From an uncultured Prevotellaceae bacterium (GTDB taxonomy: Bacteria; Bacteroidota; Bacteroidia; Bacteroidales; Muribaculaceae): a stretch of DNA of 64,000 nucleotides. Below, one piece after another: positions 1 through 9,366 of the stretch (position 1 is its first letter; each line of letters opens with the position of its first letter). A program made the translations under genes and the position numbers. Location of the stretch: the NCBI GenBank assembly GCA_947167995.1, contig CAMVKS010000004.1, positions 5,604 through 69,603 on the forward strand, in the 5' to 3' direction. The notes under the pieces are model-generated. The model did no database searches. It saw only the letters and a program-made list of their open reading frames with translations, and was not told the origin of the DNA.

Positions 1-211
1 GCAAAACTCTCGACTGGTGACACCTGCAAAGTACCGCACGACGTTGATGCGCACGACTATTCTGCGTCGTTCAGTTAACCGATTATTTGACAACATCTAT
101 GCTCCTCTGTCTATAACGGGGCAATTTGTCGTTGAGCGACTTACCCACCCCTTACGTGAACCAAGAACTGTTAACTATTATGTAATAACACTTTGTCGAC
201 TATTGTGTTAG

Positions 212-327
212 CCTACGGAGTCCAAGGTGTTTAATTTTTCAGCTCCATTACTCCAAGACTCCGTAGAATATATCTCCGTAGAGAGTTGTAGGTGATTAGA
301 CGTTGAAACGGAACACCACTCAAAGTC
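212..327 (-). repeat. Solo copy of the ~114-bp palindromic 'ychF-tail' repeat, inverted relative to the arrays at 25.6 and 31.1 kb
   Basis: Reverse complement reads GACTTTGAGTGGTGTTCCGTTTCAACGTCTAATCACCTACAACTCTCTACGGAGATATATTCTACGGAGTCTTGGAGTAATGGAGCTGAAAAATTAAACACCTTGGACTCCGTAGG, which aligns along its length with the array unit. Confidence 0.95.
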
Positions 328-456
328 ACAATCTTTTATTAATCACTCTTTCCTTTTTTTAGCCGTGTGATAATCATGGCAATTTAGTTGTGTGGATATT
401 GTCCACGCGACTTGACACAATAATATAATATAATATAACACAATAGATAATAAATC

Positions 457-852
457 ATGGCAAATTTCAATAAATTACCTATGGGCCAAGCCCTATTGAA
501 CAATAATAATCTGACAGTTAAATCCATCTTTTTCGGCCTGAAAAAACAATTGGTTTATGTCCCAACAGGCTCCCCTGTCAAGGTAATCAAAAAAAATTAT
601 AATTCCGACGCCATCGCTCCGTTGCGGCGTATTATCGAGAACGACTCCAAAGGTCTCGCATCGGCGGTCAAGGCTTTCAAGTCACAGACAAAGCCACTGG
701 GCAATCTTGAACTCGACATTTGTGTGTCTGAGGATAAGAATTTTGTGGCATTGCAGCTACTTCAGTTTGGTGAAGAGTATGCCTATCATCCCATTACTGA
801 AGTTGCATTCTATGAAGGAGATCAAGCGCATCTTGTGAGTACAATCCTGTAA
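457..852 (+). CDS. Hypothetical protein (131 aa)
   Basis: ATG start after an AT-rich leader, plausible composition, co-oriented 21 nt upstream of the antiporter gene; no family recognised. Confidence 0.7.
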   Translation: MANFNKLPMGQALLNNNNLTVKSIFFGLKKQLVYVPTGSPVKVIKKNYNSDAIAPLRRIIENDSKGLASAVKAFKSQTKPLGNLELDICVSEDKNFVALQLLQFGEEYAYHPITEVAFYEGDQAHLVSTIL

Positions 853-873
853 TAACAATTCATATTAATCTTT

Positions 874-2199
874 GTGATGTTGACAATAGCGATTGTAGCG
901 GTATTTGTAGCAGGATATGCGTGTATCGCGCTGGAGAATGTGATTAAGGTGAACAAGGCTGCAGTGGCGATGTTTATGTTTGTCGCTTGCTGGGTGCTGG
1001 TTATGGCTTCGCCAAAACTCTATTTTCCTGAAGCCGAAAATGCTATAACTGCAGCGGCTCAGGCATTAGAGGACAACTTGGGCGAGACTTCAACCACACT
1101 GTTCTTCCTGATGGGTGCCATGACAATAGTTGAGGTTGTCGATCAAAATGGAGGTTTCAACTTTGTTCGTGACACATTGAGGACAACGAGCAAGCGACGT
1201 CTGTTGTGGCGCATAGCATTCTTGACTTTCTTCTTGAGTGCCGTCCTTGACAACCTCACTACGAGCATCGTGCTCATCATGGTGCTTCGCAAGCTTGTTA
1301 CCAACCGTCAGGTGCGTCTTGTCTATGATGCCATCATTGTCATAGCGGCCAATTCTGGTGGCGCATTCTCTCCCATTGGTGATGTGACGACCATTATGCT
1401 GTGGAATGGTGGTATGATAACTGCTGCCAATGCGGTTGTCCATCTACTGCTGCCATCGCTCTTGTCAATGGTGATACCAGCTCTTCTCCTGCAGTTCACA
1501 CTAAAGGGAGAGTTGCTGCCGGCAGGATTCAATAATGATAATCCTAATCCCAGTGAGAACGAGCTAACCTTATGGGAACGAAAGACAGTGTTTGTTTTGG
1601 GAATAGGTGGACTAATGTTTGTTCCGGTATTCAGATATTTGACCAACTTGCCGCCTTTTGTAGGCATCTTGTTTGTGCTGGCATTGCTATGGATCACGAC
1701 CGAGGTTTTCTATGCACATCTCAAGGTAGACGAGGCGGCATCTCACCGAGTAGCGCGACTGCTGTCGCACATCGACATGGCAACCATTCTGTTTTTTCTC
1801 GGCATTTTGATGGCTGTGAGTGCTCTCAAGGAGATAGGAGTGCTCACAGCATTGGGGCAATGGCTTGACATGACCAGTGGCGGCAATCACTATGTGGTTA
1901 CGGGTCTCATTGGTGTCATTTCAAGTGTTGTTGACAATGTGCCTCTTGTGGCGGGATGCATGGGTATGTATCCAGTCACTCCTGCGGGCGACATGGCGGT
2001 AGATGGCATCTTCTGGCAGTTACTGGCCTATTGCGCTGGCACAGGCGGTTCCATTCTCATCATTGGCTCGGCGGCTGGTGTTGTTGTCATGGGGTTGGAG
2101 AAGGTCTCGTTTGGCTGGTATGCCAAGCGCATTACACCCATAGCCATTGTTGGTTATCTTTCAGGAATGCTTGGTTACTGGCTCTTGCATCTCATTTAA
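874..2199 (+). CDS. nhaD: Na+/H+ antiporter, NhaD (ion transporter superfamily)
   Basis: Polytopic membrane protein with LSAVLDNLTT, GGAFSPIGDVTT, SSVVDNVPLVA and GGSILIIGSAAGV motifs. Confidence 0.88.
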   Translation: MMLTIAIVAVFVAGYACIALENVIKVNKAAVAMFMFVACWVLVMASPKLYFPEAENAITAAAQALEDNLGETSTTLFFLMGAMTIVEVVDQNGGFNFVRDTLRTTSKRRLLWRIAFLTFFLSAVLDNLTTSIVLIMVLRKLVTNRQVRLVYDAIIVIAANSGGAFSPIGDVTTIMLWNGGMITAANAVVHLLLPSLLSMVIPALLLQFTLKGELLPAGFNNDNPNPSENELTLWERKTVFVLGIGGLMFVPVFRYLTNLPPFVGILFVLALLWITTEVFYAHLKVDEAASHRVARLLSHIDMATILFFLGILMAVSALKEIGVLTALGQWLDMTSGGNHYVVTGLIGVISSVVDNVPLVAGCMGMYPVTPAGDMAVDGIFWQLLAYCAGTGGSILIIGSAAGVVVMGLEKVSFGWYAKRITPIAIVGYLSGMLGYWLLHLI

Positions 2200-2271
2200 G
2201 CGAAACAAATGCTAATTAGAACCTTCTCTACTGATATTCTTTTCTACATCCACATTTAAGTTTTTAATCAT

Positions 2272-3246
2272 ATGGATTATTTGTTTCTAATTATAGGCTT
2301 AGGGCTATTGCTGCTGTCGGCCGACTTTCTGGTCGATTCGTCGGTAGCGATTGCACAACGAGCAAAGATCTCTAATTTTATAATCGGACTGACCATAGTG
2401 GGCATGGGCACGTCCTCACCAGAATTGTTTGTGGGCATCTTGTCGGCACTTCATGGCAATGGCGACGTTGCCATGGGCAATGTCGTGGGCAGCAACATTG
2501 CCAATATTTTGCTCATTCTGGGAGTGTCGGCGGTTATTCTGCCTTTTTCTATTGAAAGTATGACACAACGCCGTGATATTCCTTTCGGAATTTTCGCCTC
2601 GATTTTGCTGTTGCTGCTCTCAAGCGACAAGTTAATACCAGGCATGTTGGAGAATACTGTCTCGCGCATCGATGGAGTAGTTTTCCTGATTTTGTTTGTC
2701 GCCTATATGGCATGTGTGATTTTGGGAAAGAAAAAGAGTAGCAACCAGGCACAACTTGAGGTCGACGAGGCAACCAAGAGCAAGTTCACTGGCAAGAATA
2801 GGCTCATGCTATGGGCGATAGTGGTAGCATCGCTGGCAGGACTGATTTATGGTGGAAACCTGTTTCTGGATTCTGCTAAAAACTTGGCAAGGTCTTGGGG
2901 CATGAGTGAGGCTGTGATTGCCATTACCATTGTGGCGGTAGGCACGTCGTTGCCCGAGCTCATCACATCCATTGTGGCTGCATGCAAGAACAATCCTCAG
3001 CTGGCCTTGGGCAATGTGCTGGGCAGCAACGTGTTCAATATCCTGTTTGTGTTGGGGCTTTCGGCAACTATCAAGCCCATTACAATTGTCGACATCAACA
3101 TTGTCGACTATCTGGTGGCATTAGGGGCCAGTGTGATGACCTATCTCGTGGTGTTTACCTTCGGAAAACATAGGTTTGACCGTATCGAGGGCATTATTTT
3201 CTTGCTATGCTATGTTGGTTACACTGCCCATCTGCTATTGAGATAA
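2272..3246 (+). CDS. Calcium/sodium antiporter (CaCA, YrbG-like)
   Basis: Two alpha-repeats: GMGTSSPE...GNVVGSNIAN and AVGTSLPE...GNVLGSNVFN. Confidence 0.92.
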   Translation: MDYLFLIIGLGLLLLSADFLVDSSVAIAQRAKISNFIIGLTIVGMGTSSPELFVGILSALHGNGDVAMGNVVGSNIANILLILGVSAVILPFSIESMTQRRDIPFGIFASILLLLLSSDKLIPGMLENTVSRIDGVVFLILFVAYMACVILGKKKSSNQAQLEVDEATKSKFTGKNRLMLWAIVVASLAGLIYGGNLFLDSAKNLARSWGMSEAVIAITIVAVGTSLPELITSIVAACKNNPQLALGNVLGSNVFNILFVLGLSATIKPITIVDINIVDYLVALGASVMTYLVVFTFGKHRFDRIEGIIFLLCYVGYTAHLLLR

Positions 3247-3513
3247 ATTGATTGCGACTTTATTGCTATTCTCTATAATAAAGTATTTTTAAGTTTTTCT
3301 GAGACGGGGATGCTGGTGCGCTGGTGTCCTCGTCATTTTGTTTGATGGGTTCTATGGTTTTTAAGTTTAGGCATAGTTGAGGTTGTCGCACTTCAGAGCC
3401 AGCCTGCTCACCACCGGCCATTTGCTTCAAGACAAGGCAAAACATTAACGATAACTCGTGAAAGTGTCTCTTTATGGTAGCAGTTAATGATTAAACTTCA
3501 AAAAAACAGTATT

Positions 3514-3553
3514 AAAAAAGATGCGCCGCACGTGATTGTGTAGCGCATCCTTT
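3514..3553 (-). terminator. Probable intrinsic terminator of the M16 protease gene
   Basis: GATGCGC/GCGCATC stem (3520-3526/3543-3549) with an A6 tract on + (U tract on -). Confidence 0.55.
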
Positions 3554-3563
3554 CTTTATGCAC

Positions 3564-3615
3564 AAGAGGAGAGAGTGGAGAGAATTATGAATTGTGCATT
3601 ATAAATTGTACATTA
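3564..3615. repeat. Purine tract plus heptamer tandem (family B, copy 1)
   Basis: AAGAGGAGAGAGTGGAGAG followed by AATTATG AATTGTG CATTATA AATTGTA CATTA. Confidence 0.7.
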
Positions 3616-6438
3616 CTGTTCGGGGGTCATGATCACCTCAATGCGGTTGTTGGTGTTGAGGATAGAGTTCTTCACAAAGTTGCTCACGTCGGCAGCAGTA
3701 ATGCCATTCAAAACGTCTTTGTAACCGTTGAAGCCATCATAGTTGTAGCGGTAGTACTCCCTCAAGATACCAAGCCAGTTGCCATTGCTCTTGGCATTGG
3801 TGTCGTAGTCCTTGAGCATCTTCTCCTTGATTCTCTGCATAGCGTCGGCCTCGATGTTGCCATTGGCAATCTCAGCGAGCGACTCACGCATGATACCAAG
3901 CACAAGGTCTTTCTTGTCGGGGGTCATAGCAATCGAAGCCACAACTTGTGCATGTGGATTGTCGCCCACCATCGACAACATGGCATAGCCGTTGGGAGAA
4001 TAGGCAGCACCTTCATCCTCGCGAACTTTCTTGAGCAAGATAGCCTCAAGCACTTGTCCTGCGATATCGGCCTTTATCTCATTCTCCATAGTGTAAGGAA
4101 CATTGTCGGCGTGCCACATCATTACGGCAATAGCAATAGGAGTTTCCATTGCTTTAGAGAACTCATTCACCACATTTCCTTTGGCAAATGTAGTAACATC
4201 GTTGAAGTTCTCACCCTGGCCGGCCTTGCCAGGCAGCGATGCAATATATTGCTCGATGAATGGCTTGATAGTTGCCTCGTCGAAGCTACCAACGATGTAG
4301 AATGTGAATTCACCTGCATTGGCAGTGCGCTCCTTGGCAATCTGGAGGATGCGGTCATAGTTCACATCCTTGATGTTTTCGGCCTCGAATGGACGATTTC
4401 TCCAGTTGTGGTCATAGATAGTGTAAGACACACTGTCGCCGAAGGCTGCAGTAGGCACTATGCTCTTGTTCTTGAGCTGGGTCTCGGTTGAGCTCAACAT
4501 GCTGTTTACTGCCTTCTCATCCTTGCTGATGCTTGTGAAATAGAGGTAGCCCAGTTGGAACATTGTCTCGAGGTCTTTCTTGGTAGAGCTTCCCGAGAGG
4601 TACTCATAAGAGGTGCCCAATGCTAAGCCCATGCTCACATTCTTACCGGCAAGAGCCTTCTGGAGCTCGTTGTTGCTGAAGTTCCCAAGACCACTGGCAT
4701 CAATCACATCGTCAAACATCTCGCAGTTGGCCCAGTCGGCAGGACCATAAAGCGAGCTACCACCCTTCGACTCGGCCCAGAAGCTAATCTCGTCGTCCTT
4801 GAAATCGGTGGGTTTCAGAATCACTGTTGCACCATTGCTCAGAGTGAGAGTCTTGAAGCCAAGCTGCGCGTTCGATTCCTCTTTCACAATCGAGCCAGCC
4901 TTGGGCATCTCGGTCATCAGTGGCTCATTCTTTACATTGTCGACATAGGCCTCGAGGTTTGCACTTTGGGCGGCATCGATAGCACCCTTCACTTCCTGCT
5001 CGGTAACCATTGTTATGTTCTCGGGGTTGAAATTGATAACAACAAGGTTAGAATCGTTGGCTGGCATGAGTTCGGTCATGAATTCATTGACATCGCTAAC
5101 AGAAACCTGCTGAACCAGAGCATTCATCAATTGATATCTCCATTCAATTGATGGATAAGGCTCTCCTTCAAGATAGTTGGCACAATACTGGCGACCGAAG
5201 TTGTCATTGTTGATTTGGTTGCGGTTGTTGTAGCGACGCTCAAGGCTGCTTGTATACTCGTCACGTGAACGAAGGTACTCGGTGGCGGTGAAACCATGCT
5301 TAGCAGCGCGCAGAGCCTCCTGGGTAACAGTTTGAATGGCCTCGGTGGTCTTGCCTTCCTTGGGAGCGACAAAGAGCTGGAAGCAGTCTTTTGTCTTAGC
5401 GAAGATATAGTTGCCATAGCCCGAACCAGCCGACAAGAATGGGCAATCGGGCTCTTGCGACATCTCTTCAAGACGATTGTCAAGCATGTCGCAAGCCATC
5501 TGTATTACATAGTCAACGAGCAAGTAATAAACATCACTCTTCATCTCGGTGGGGAAGGGATCGGTCTTGTACATAATCTGTACGACGTTCATCTGTTGCT
5601 CACGGTCCTTGTCGATAACAAAGATGGGCTCGTCGTTGTCGGGTACTTCGACATCAACAACCTGGGCTGCATCGGCTGCAGGAGCAGGGATTGTACCGAA
5701 CATCTCCTTAATCTTAGCCTCGGTGCGGTCTACATCGATGTCACCAACAACCACGATAGCCTGGTTGTCGGGGCGATACCACTTGTGATAGTAGTTGCGA
5801 AGCTCCTCATACTTGAAGTTGTCGATCACGCTCATCAAGCCGATGGGCATGCGCTGGCCGTACTTCGAACCAGGATAGAGCTTCTCGAGGTTGCGCTCGA
5901 ACATGCGCTGCGATGCGCTTGAACGCACGCGCCACTCCTCGTGGATAACGCCGCGCTCCTTGTCGATTTCAGCATCTTCAAGCAAGAGGCCGTTAGACCA
6001 GTCCTTGAGGATGAGCAAGCAAGAGTCGATAGCGCTCTCACGCGTGCTGGGCACATCGTTGATGTTGTAAACTGTCTGGTCCACGCTGGTGTAGGCATTC
6101 AAGTCGCGGCCAAACTCAACACCGAGCGAACGGGTGTAGTCAATCACACCGTTGCCAGGATAATTCACCGAGCCGTTGAAGGCCATGTGCTCAAGGAAGT
6201 GAGCAAGACCACGCTGACTCTCCTCCTCCTGAAGCGAACCCACTCGCTGAGCAATATAGAAGTTCACGCGGTGCTCAGGCCAGTTGTTCTGCTTGATGTA
6301 GTAAGTCAGACCATTGGGCAGCTTGCCGGTGCGAACGGTGGGGTCGTTCTGGATAGGCATAATCTGCGCCATTGAGCCAAATGCTATAAGCATCATGGCT
6401 ACTGCAAAGATTTTTCTTAGTTTCATATTGGAAAACAT
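3613..6438 (-). CDS. M16 family zinc protease (PqqL-like), secreted
   Basis: Inverted zinc motif HFLEH, ERGVIHEEWR, two M16 halves, signal peptide ending AFGSMA|Q. Confidence 0.95.
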   Translation of the reverse strand: MFSNMKLRKIFAVAMMLIAFGSMAQIMPIQNDPTVRTGKLPNGLTYYIKQNNWPEHRVNFYIAQRVGSLQEEESQRGLAHFLEHMAFNGSVNYPGNGVIDYTRSLGVEFGRDLNAYTSVDQTVYNINDVPSTRESAIDSCLLILKDWSNGLLLEDAEIDKERGVIHEEWRVRSSASQRMFERNLEKLYPGSKYGQRMPIGLMSVIDNFKYEELRNYYHKWYRPDNQAIVVVGDIDVDRTEAKIKEMFGTIPAPAADAAQVVDVEVPDNDEPIFVIDKDREQQMNVVQIMYKTDPFPTEMKSDVYYLLVDYVIQMACDMLDNRLEEMSQEPDCPFLSAGSGYGNYIFAKTKDCFQLFVAPKEGKTTEAIQTVTQEALRAAKHGFTATEYLRSRDEYTSSLERRYNNRNQINNDNFGRQYCANYLEGEPYPSIEWRYQLMNALVQQVSVSDVNEFMTELMPANDSNLVVINFNPENITMVTEQEVKGAIDAAQSANLEAYVDNVKNEPLMTEMPKAGSIVKEESNAQLGFKTLTLSNGATVILKPTDFKDDEISFWAESKGGSSLYGPADWANCEMFDDVIDASGLGNFSNNELQKALAGKNVSMGLALGTSYEYLSGSSTKKDLETMFQLGYLYFTSISKDEKAVNSMLSSTETQLKNKSIVPTAAFGDSVSYTIYDHNWRNRPFEAENIKDVNYDRILQIAKERTANAGEFTFYIVGSFDEATIKPFIEQYIASLPGKAGQGENFNDVTTFAKGNVVNEFSKAMETPIAIAVMMWHADNVPYTMENEIKADIAGQVLEAILLKKVREDEGAAYSPNGYAMLSMVGDNPHAQVVASIAMTPDKKDLVLGIMRESLAEIANGNIEADAMQRIKEKMLKDYDTNAKSNGNWLGILREYYRYNYDGFNGYKDVLNGITAADVSNFVKNSILNTNNRIEVIMTPEQ

Positions 6439-6687
6439 TAATTAATGATATAAAAATTGAATTCTATTGTCAATCAAGATTTTTTAAACCTACAAAATTA
6501 GCTAATAATTGATAAAAAATGTGGTTTTATATTATTATTATTTGTTAATTTGATGAATTTACTTGATTTTCCACAACATTTCGCTCATCGAGCAGACGCT
6601 TCATCAACTCAATGTCGCTCTTCACCTCGCCTTGCATGAGGTAATGGTCGCGGCGTGAAACGACCTCGTTGTAGCGACGCCTGTGGC

Positions 6688-7302
6688 CTAATCTTCATTT
6701 ATCACCTGGTTAATCTGCTCGATGAGCTGATTGTTGGTGCGCTGCATCTTGCGGAAGATGAGCCATGCCACAAAAATGCCTATCAGAGCCCCTATGGCGA
6801 TTCCTGCCACCATGATTCCCACCACAATGTTGTGGTCGGGAAGATTGCAGCCATCATCAAGACGCATTACAATCTCGATGATGAACCACACGAGCCAGAT
6901 TGTCACAAAAATCATTCCGGCGATGAACCATGAGGTGCGCTGCTTTTTCATCTTTGTCAAGCGCTGGCTTGTGGCAACGAGGTCGCCACCAAGCAACTGG
7001 CTCTTGGGGATGCGGTTGATGATGAAATCGCCTGTCGTGTCGATGATGAGTCCCGCGGCAAGAAATGCGAAGAGCCACCACGATAATCCCTCGCTGGCAT
7101 GAAATGTTGCCATGATGATGAGCAAAATTGGAACCAAGATAATCTCGCCCAATACGAAATTCTTAATCCACGACAGCTTGCTGCCCATGGAATTTCGCAC
7201 AAGCTGTTCATTGATAATCTGCTGCTTATCGAGGCGGCTTTTAAAAATGTTCATCTGCTCTCGCATCTGCTCAAGCTCATTCATGTTGTTATCTTTCTCC
7301 AT
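6688..7302 (-). CDS. Four-TM membrane protein, candidate anti-sigma factor
   Basis: Four hydrophobic segments; starts 18 nt after the ECF sigma stop codon in the same orientation. Confidence 0.75.
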   Translation of the reverse strand: MEKDNNMNELEQMREQMNIFKSRLDKQQIINEQLVRNSMGSKLSWIKNFVLGEIILVPILLIIMATFHASEGLSWWLFAFLAAGLIIDTTGDFIINRIPKSQLLGGDLVATSQRLTKMKKQRTSWFIAGMIFVTIWLVWFIIEIVMRLDDGCNLPDHNIVVGIMVAGIAIGALIGIFVAWLIFRKMQRTNNQLIEQINQVINED

Positions 7303-7320
7303 AACTTATGTCTCTCTTAA

Positions 7321-7803
7321 TTAGTTGTCATTCATGTTTTTTAATTGCTCTCTTATGCGCACCAGGCGCACTCCCACGGCCTTGGTGCTGATGCCCACGA
7401 TTGCCGCGATGTCGTCGTAGCTCATGTTCTCGAGCCACAGCAGCACGATGGCGCGGTCGAAGGGCTGTAGCCGGCTGATGCGCTGGTGTAGAAGCTTCAC
7501 CTGACGGTTCTCAACGCTATTATCGTCGCGGAAGTCGGTGTCAAAAGTCAAGGGAACAGTGTCAACACGCTTTTTCTTCTTGCGGTCGCTGTTGATACAG
7601 GTGTTAAGGGCTATGCGCCACACCCATGTGCCAGTGCCACTCCGTCCCTCAAACTTGTCGAGACCATTCCACAAGTTTATAAGGGTCTCTTGGAAAAGGT
7701 CTTCTACCTCGTCCTGATCCTTTGAGAACATGTAGCACACCGAGTAGATAGTGCTCTTGTGCTCGTTCAAGAGTTTCCTAAAATTGGCCTCTGTTTTTTC
7801 CAT
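7321..7803 (-). CDS. ECF-type RNA polymerase sigma-70 factor
   Basis: Region 2 (EDLFQETLINLW...TWVWRIALNTCI) and region 4 HTH (DRAIVLLWLENMSYDDIAAIVGISTKAVGVRLVR). Confidence 0.95.
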   Translation of the reverse strand: MEKTEANFRKLLNEHKSTIYSVCYMFSKDQDEVEDLFQETLINLWNGLDKFEGRSGTGTWVWRIALNTCINSDRKKKKRVDTVPLTFDTDFRDDNSVENRQVKLLHQRISRLQPFDRAIVLLWLENMSYDDIAAIVGISTKAVGVRLVRIREQLKNMNDN

Positions 7804-7965
7804 TTATTTGTTTCTTTTACCCGTTAGACGCTATAATGCCCCCAAAACTACATAAAAAAACCGTTTCTTTATAATTTTTTTCAATAAAAGCTCTTCTCTA
7901 CTCCTTATTCTCGACCCGCAAGAGACGTTTTTTCTATGTTTTTTGGTAAAGTTCCAAAATGTTTA

Positions 7966-7973
7966 TACCTTTG
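7966..7973 (+). promoter_or_regulatory. Bacteroidota primary-sigma -7 box
   Basis: TACCTTTG (TAnnTTTG) 35 nt upstream of the L,D-transpeptidase pair. Confidence 0.65.
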
Positions 7974-8007
7974 TGACAACTAATGATTACCACAAAATAA
8001 TGTTTTT

Positions 8008-8634
8008 ATGAGAAAAGTTCTTTTACTGGCAATCTTTGTTGTGGCTGCCATTGTAGCCCATGCCCAGATAGTGGATGCTGAGCATGCGACAAAGCCGAGC
8101 GACCAGACAGTGTTTTACCAGACCCCCGAAATCGATAAAAAAAACACATTCATAGTCATTTCCAAAACCGAACTCAGGCTATATGTTTATGGCGTCATAA
8201 ACAATGACACCTTGCTCATGGCCAAGTTCCCTGCCTGCTTGAGCAAGAACAAGGGGCAGAAGCAACGCCGTGGCGACATGAAGACACCCGAGTGCACTCC
8301 AGCAAAGCCTTTCTACATCGACGCCATCAAGGACGCTTCGGCTTGGTATCACGACTTCAAGGACGGCAGGGGAAGCATCAAGGCCTACGGTGCTTGGTTC
8401 CTGCGCCTTGTCACTCCTGGTCACAAAGGTATTGGCATCCACGGCAGCACCAACAACGAGAGCTCAGTCCCTGGACGTGCCAGCGAGGGATGCATACGTC
8501 TGCGCGACCCCGACATCATCCTGCTCAAGGAGCGTTATGCCTACATCAACATGCCCGTAATCATCAAGAACGAAACTCAAGGTCCTTGGGATTGGGAGCT
8601 CAAAGCTCACGCCCGGGCAGTGCCAGTAAAATAA
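8008..8634 (+). CDS. L,D-transpeptidase (YkuD family), secreted
   Basis: GIGIHGS...ASEGCIRL catalytic motif; signal peptide ending IVAHA|Q. Confidence 0.92.
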   Translation: MRKVLLLAIFVVAAIVAHAQIVDAEHATKPSDQTVFYQTPEIDKKNTFIVISKTELRLYVYGVINNDTLLMAKFPACLSKNKGQKQRRGDMKTPECTPAKPFYIDAIKDASAWYHDFKDGRGSIKAYGAWFLRLVTPGHKGIGIHGSTNNESSVPGRASEGCIRLRDPDIILLKERYAYINMPVIIKNETQGPWDWELKAHARAVPVK

Positions 8635-8642
8635 TATAAATT

Positions 8643-9275
8643 ATGAAAAAATTTTTAGCTTCGGTTCTTGCTGTGGCTGTATTGCTGAGCGCGGCAGGAT
8701 GCGGTGGTGGCAAAGAGAAGAAAGACTCCTCGCAAGACTCGATAAAAAAGTCTGTAGCCGAGCAGTATAAAGACATCTACAAGGGCGAGTATGACAAGAG
8801 CAAGACGTTCATTGTAGTGTCGAAGAAAGACCTCCTGCTCACCGTCTATGCCCCGGTTGGCGGCGACACCGTGCCTGTAGCGCAGTTCCCCGTGTGCCTG
8901 AGCCTGAACAAGGGGCAAAAGGAGAAACCCGGCGACATGCGCACTCCCGAGAGCGAACCTGGAGAACCCTTCGTCATCGATGCCATCAAGCCTGCCAAGG
9001 ACTGGACACATGACTTCGGCGACGGCCGTGGGGCAATCCTCGCCTACGGCGACTGGTTCCTGCGCCTTGTCACCCCAGGCCATCATGGCATTGGCATCCA
9101 CGGCAGCACCAACAACGAGAACTCCGTCCCCGGACGTGCCAGCGAGGGGTGCATACGTCTGCGCGACCCCGACATCATCACCCTCAAGGAGCAATACGCC
9201 CGAGTGGGAATGCCAGTAATAATCAAGCAGGAAGAACAGGGACTCAAGTCGTTTGAAATAAAGAAAACAAAATAA
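8643..9275 (+). CDS. L,D-transpeptidase (YkuD family), lipoprotein paralog
   Basis: Same GIGIHGS...ASEGCIRL motif; lipobox-like LSAAGC. Confidence 0.92.
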   Translation: MKKFLASVLAVAVLLSAAGCGGGKEKKDSSQDSIKKSVAEQYKDIYKGEYDKSKTFIVVSKKDLLLTVYAPVGGDTVPVAQFPVCLSLNKGQKEKPGDMRTPESEPGEPFVIDAIKPAKDWTHDFGDGRGAILAYGDWFLRLVTPGHHGIGIHGSTNNENSVPGRASEGCIRLRDPDIITLKEQYARVGMPVIIKQEEQGLKSFEIKKTK

Positions 9276-9311
9276 ATTTTGACCAGTTTAGAGCCTTGAT
9301 AGATAATAATT

Positions 9312-9345
9312 TAAGGAGGAAATCCACAACAAGATTTCCTCCTTA
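9312..9345. terminator. Bidirectional terminator-like hairpin between convergent genes
   Basis: TAAGGAGGAAATC / GATTTCCTCCTTA perfect stem, 8-nt loop. Confidence 0.75.
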
Positions 9346-9366
9346 TAAATTTTCAAGGGGCATTTG

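Noticed and set aside
17-211. 64-aa ORF at the window start
   Set aside because: No recognisable motif, and the frame is open from the window edge, so it cannot be judged.
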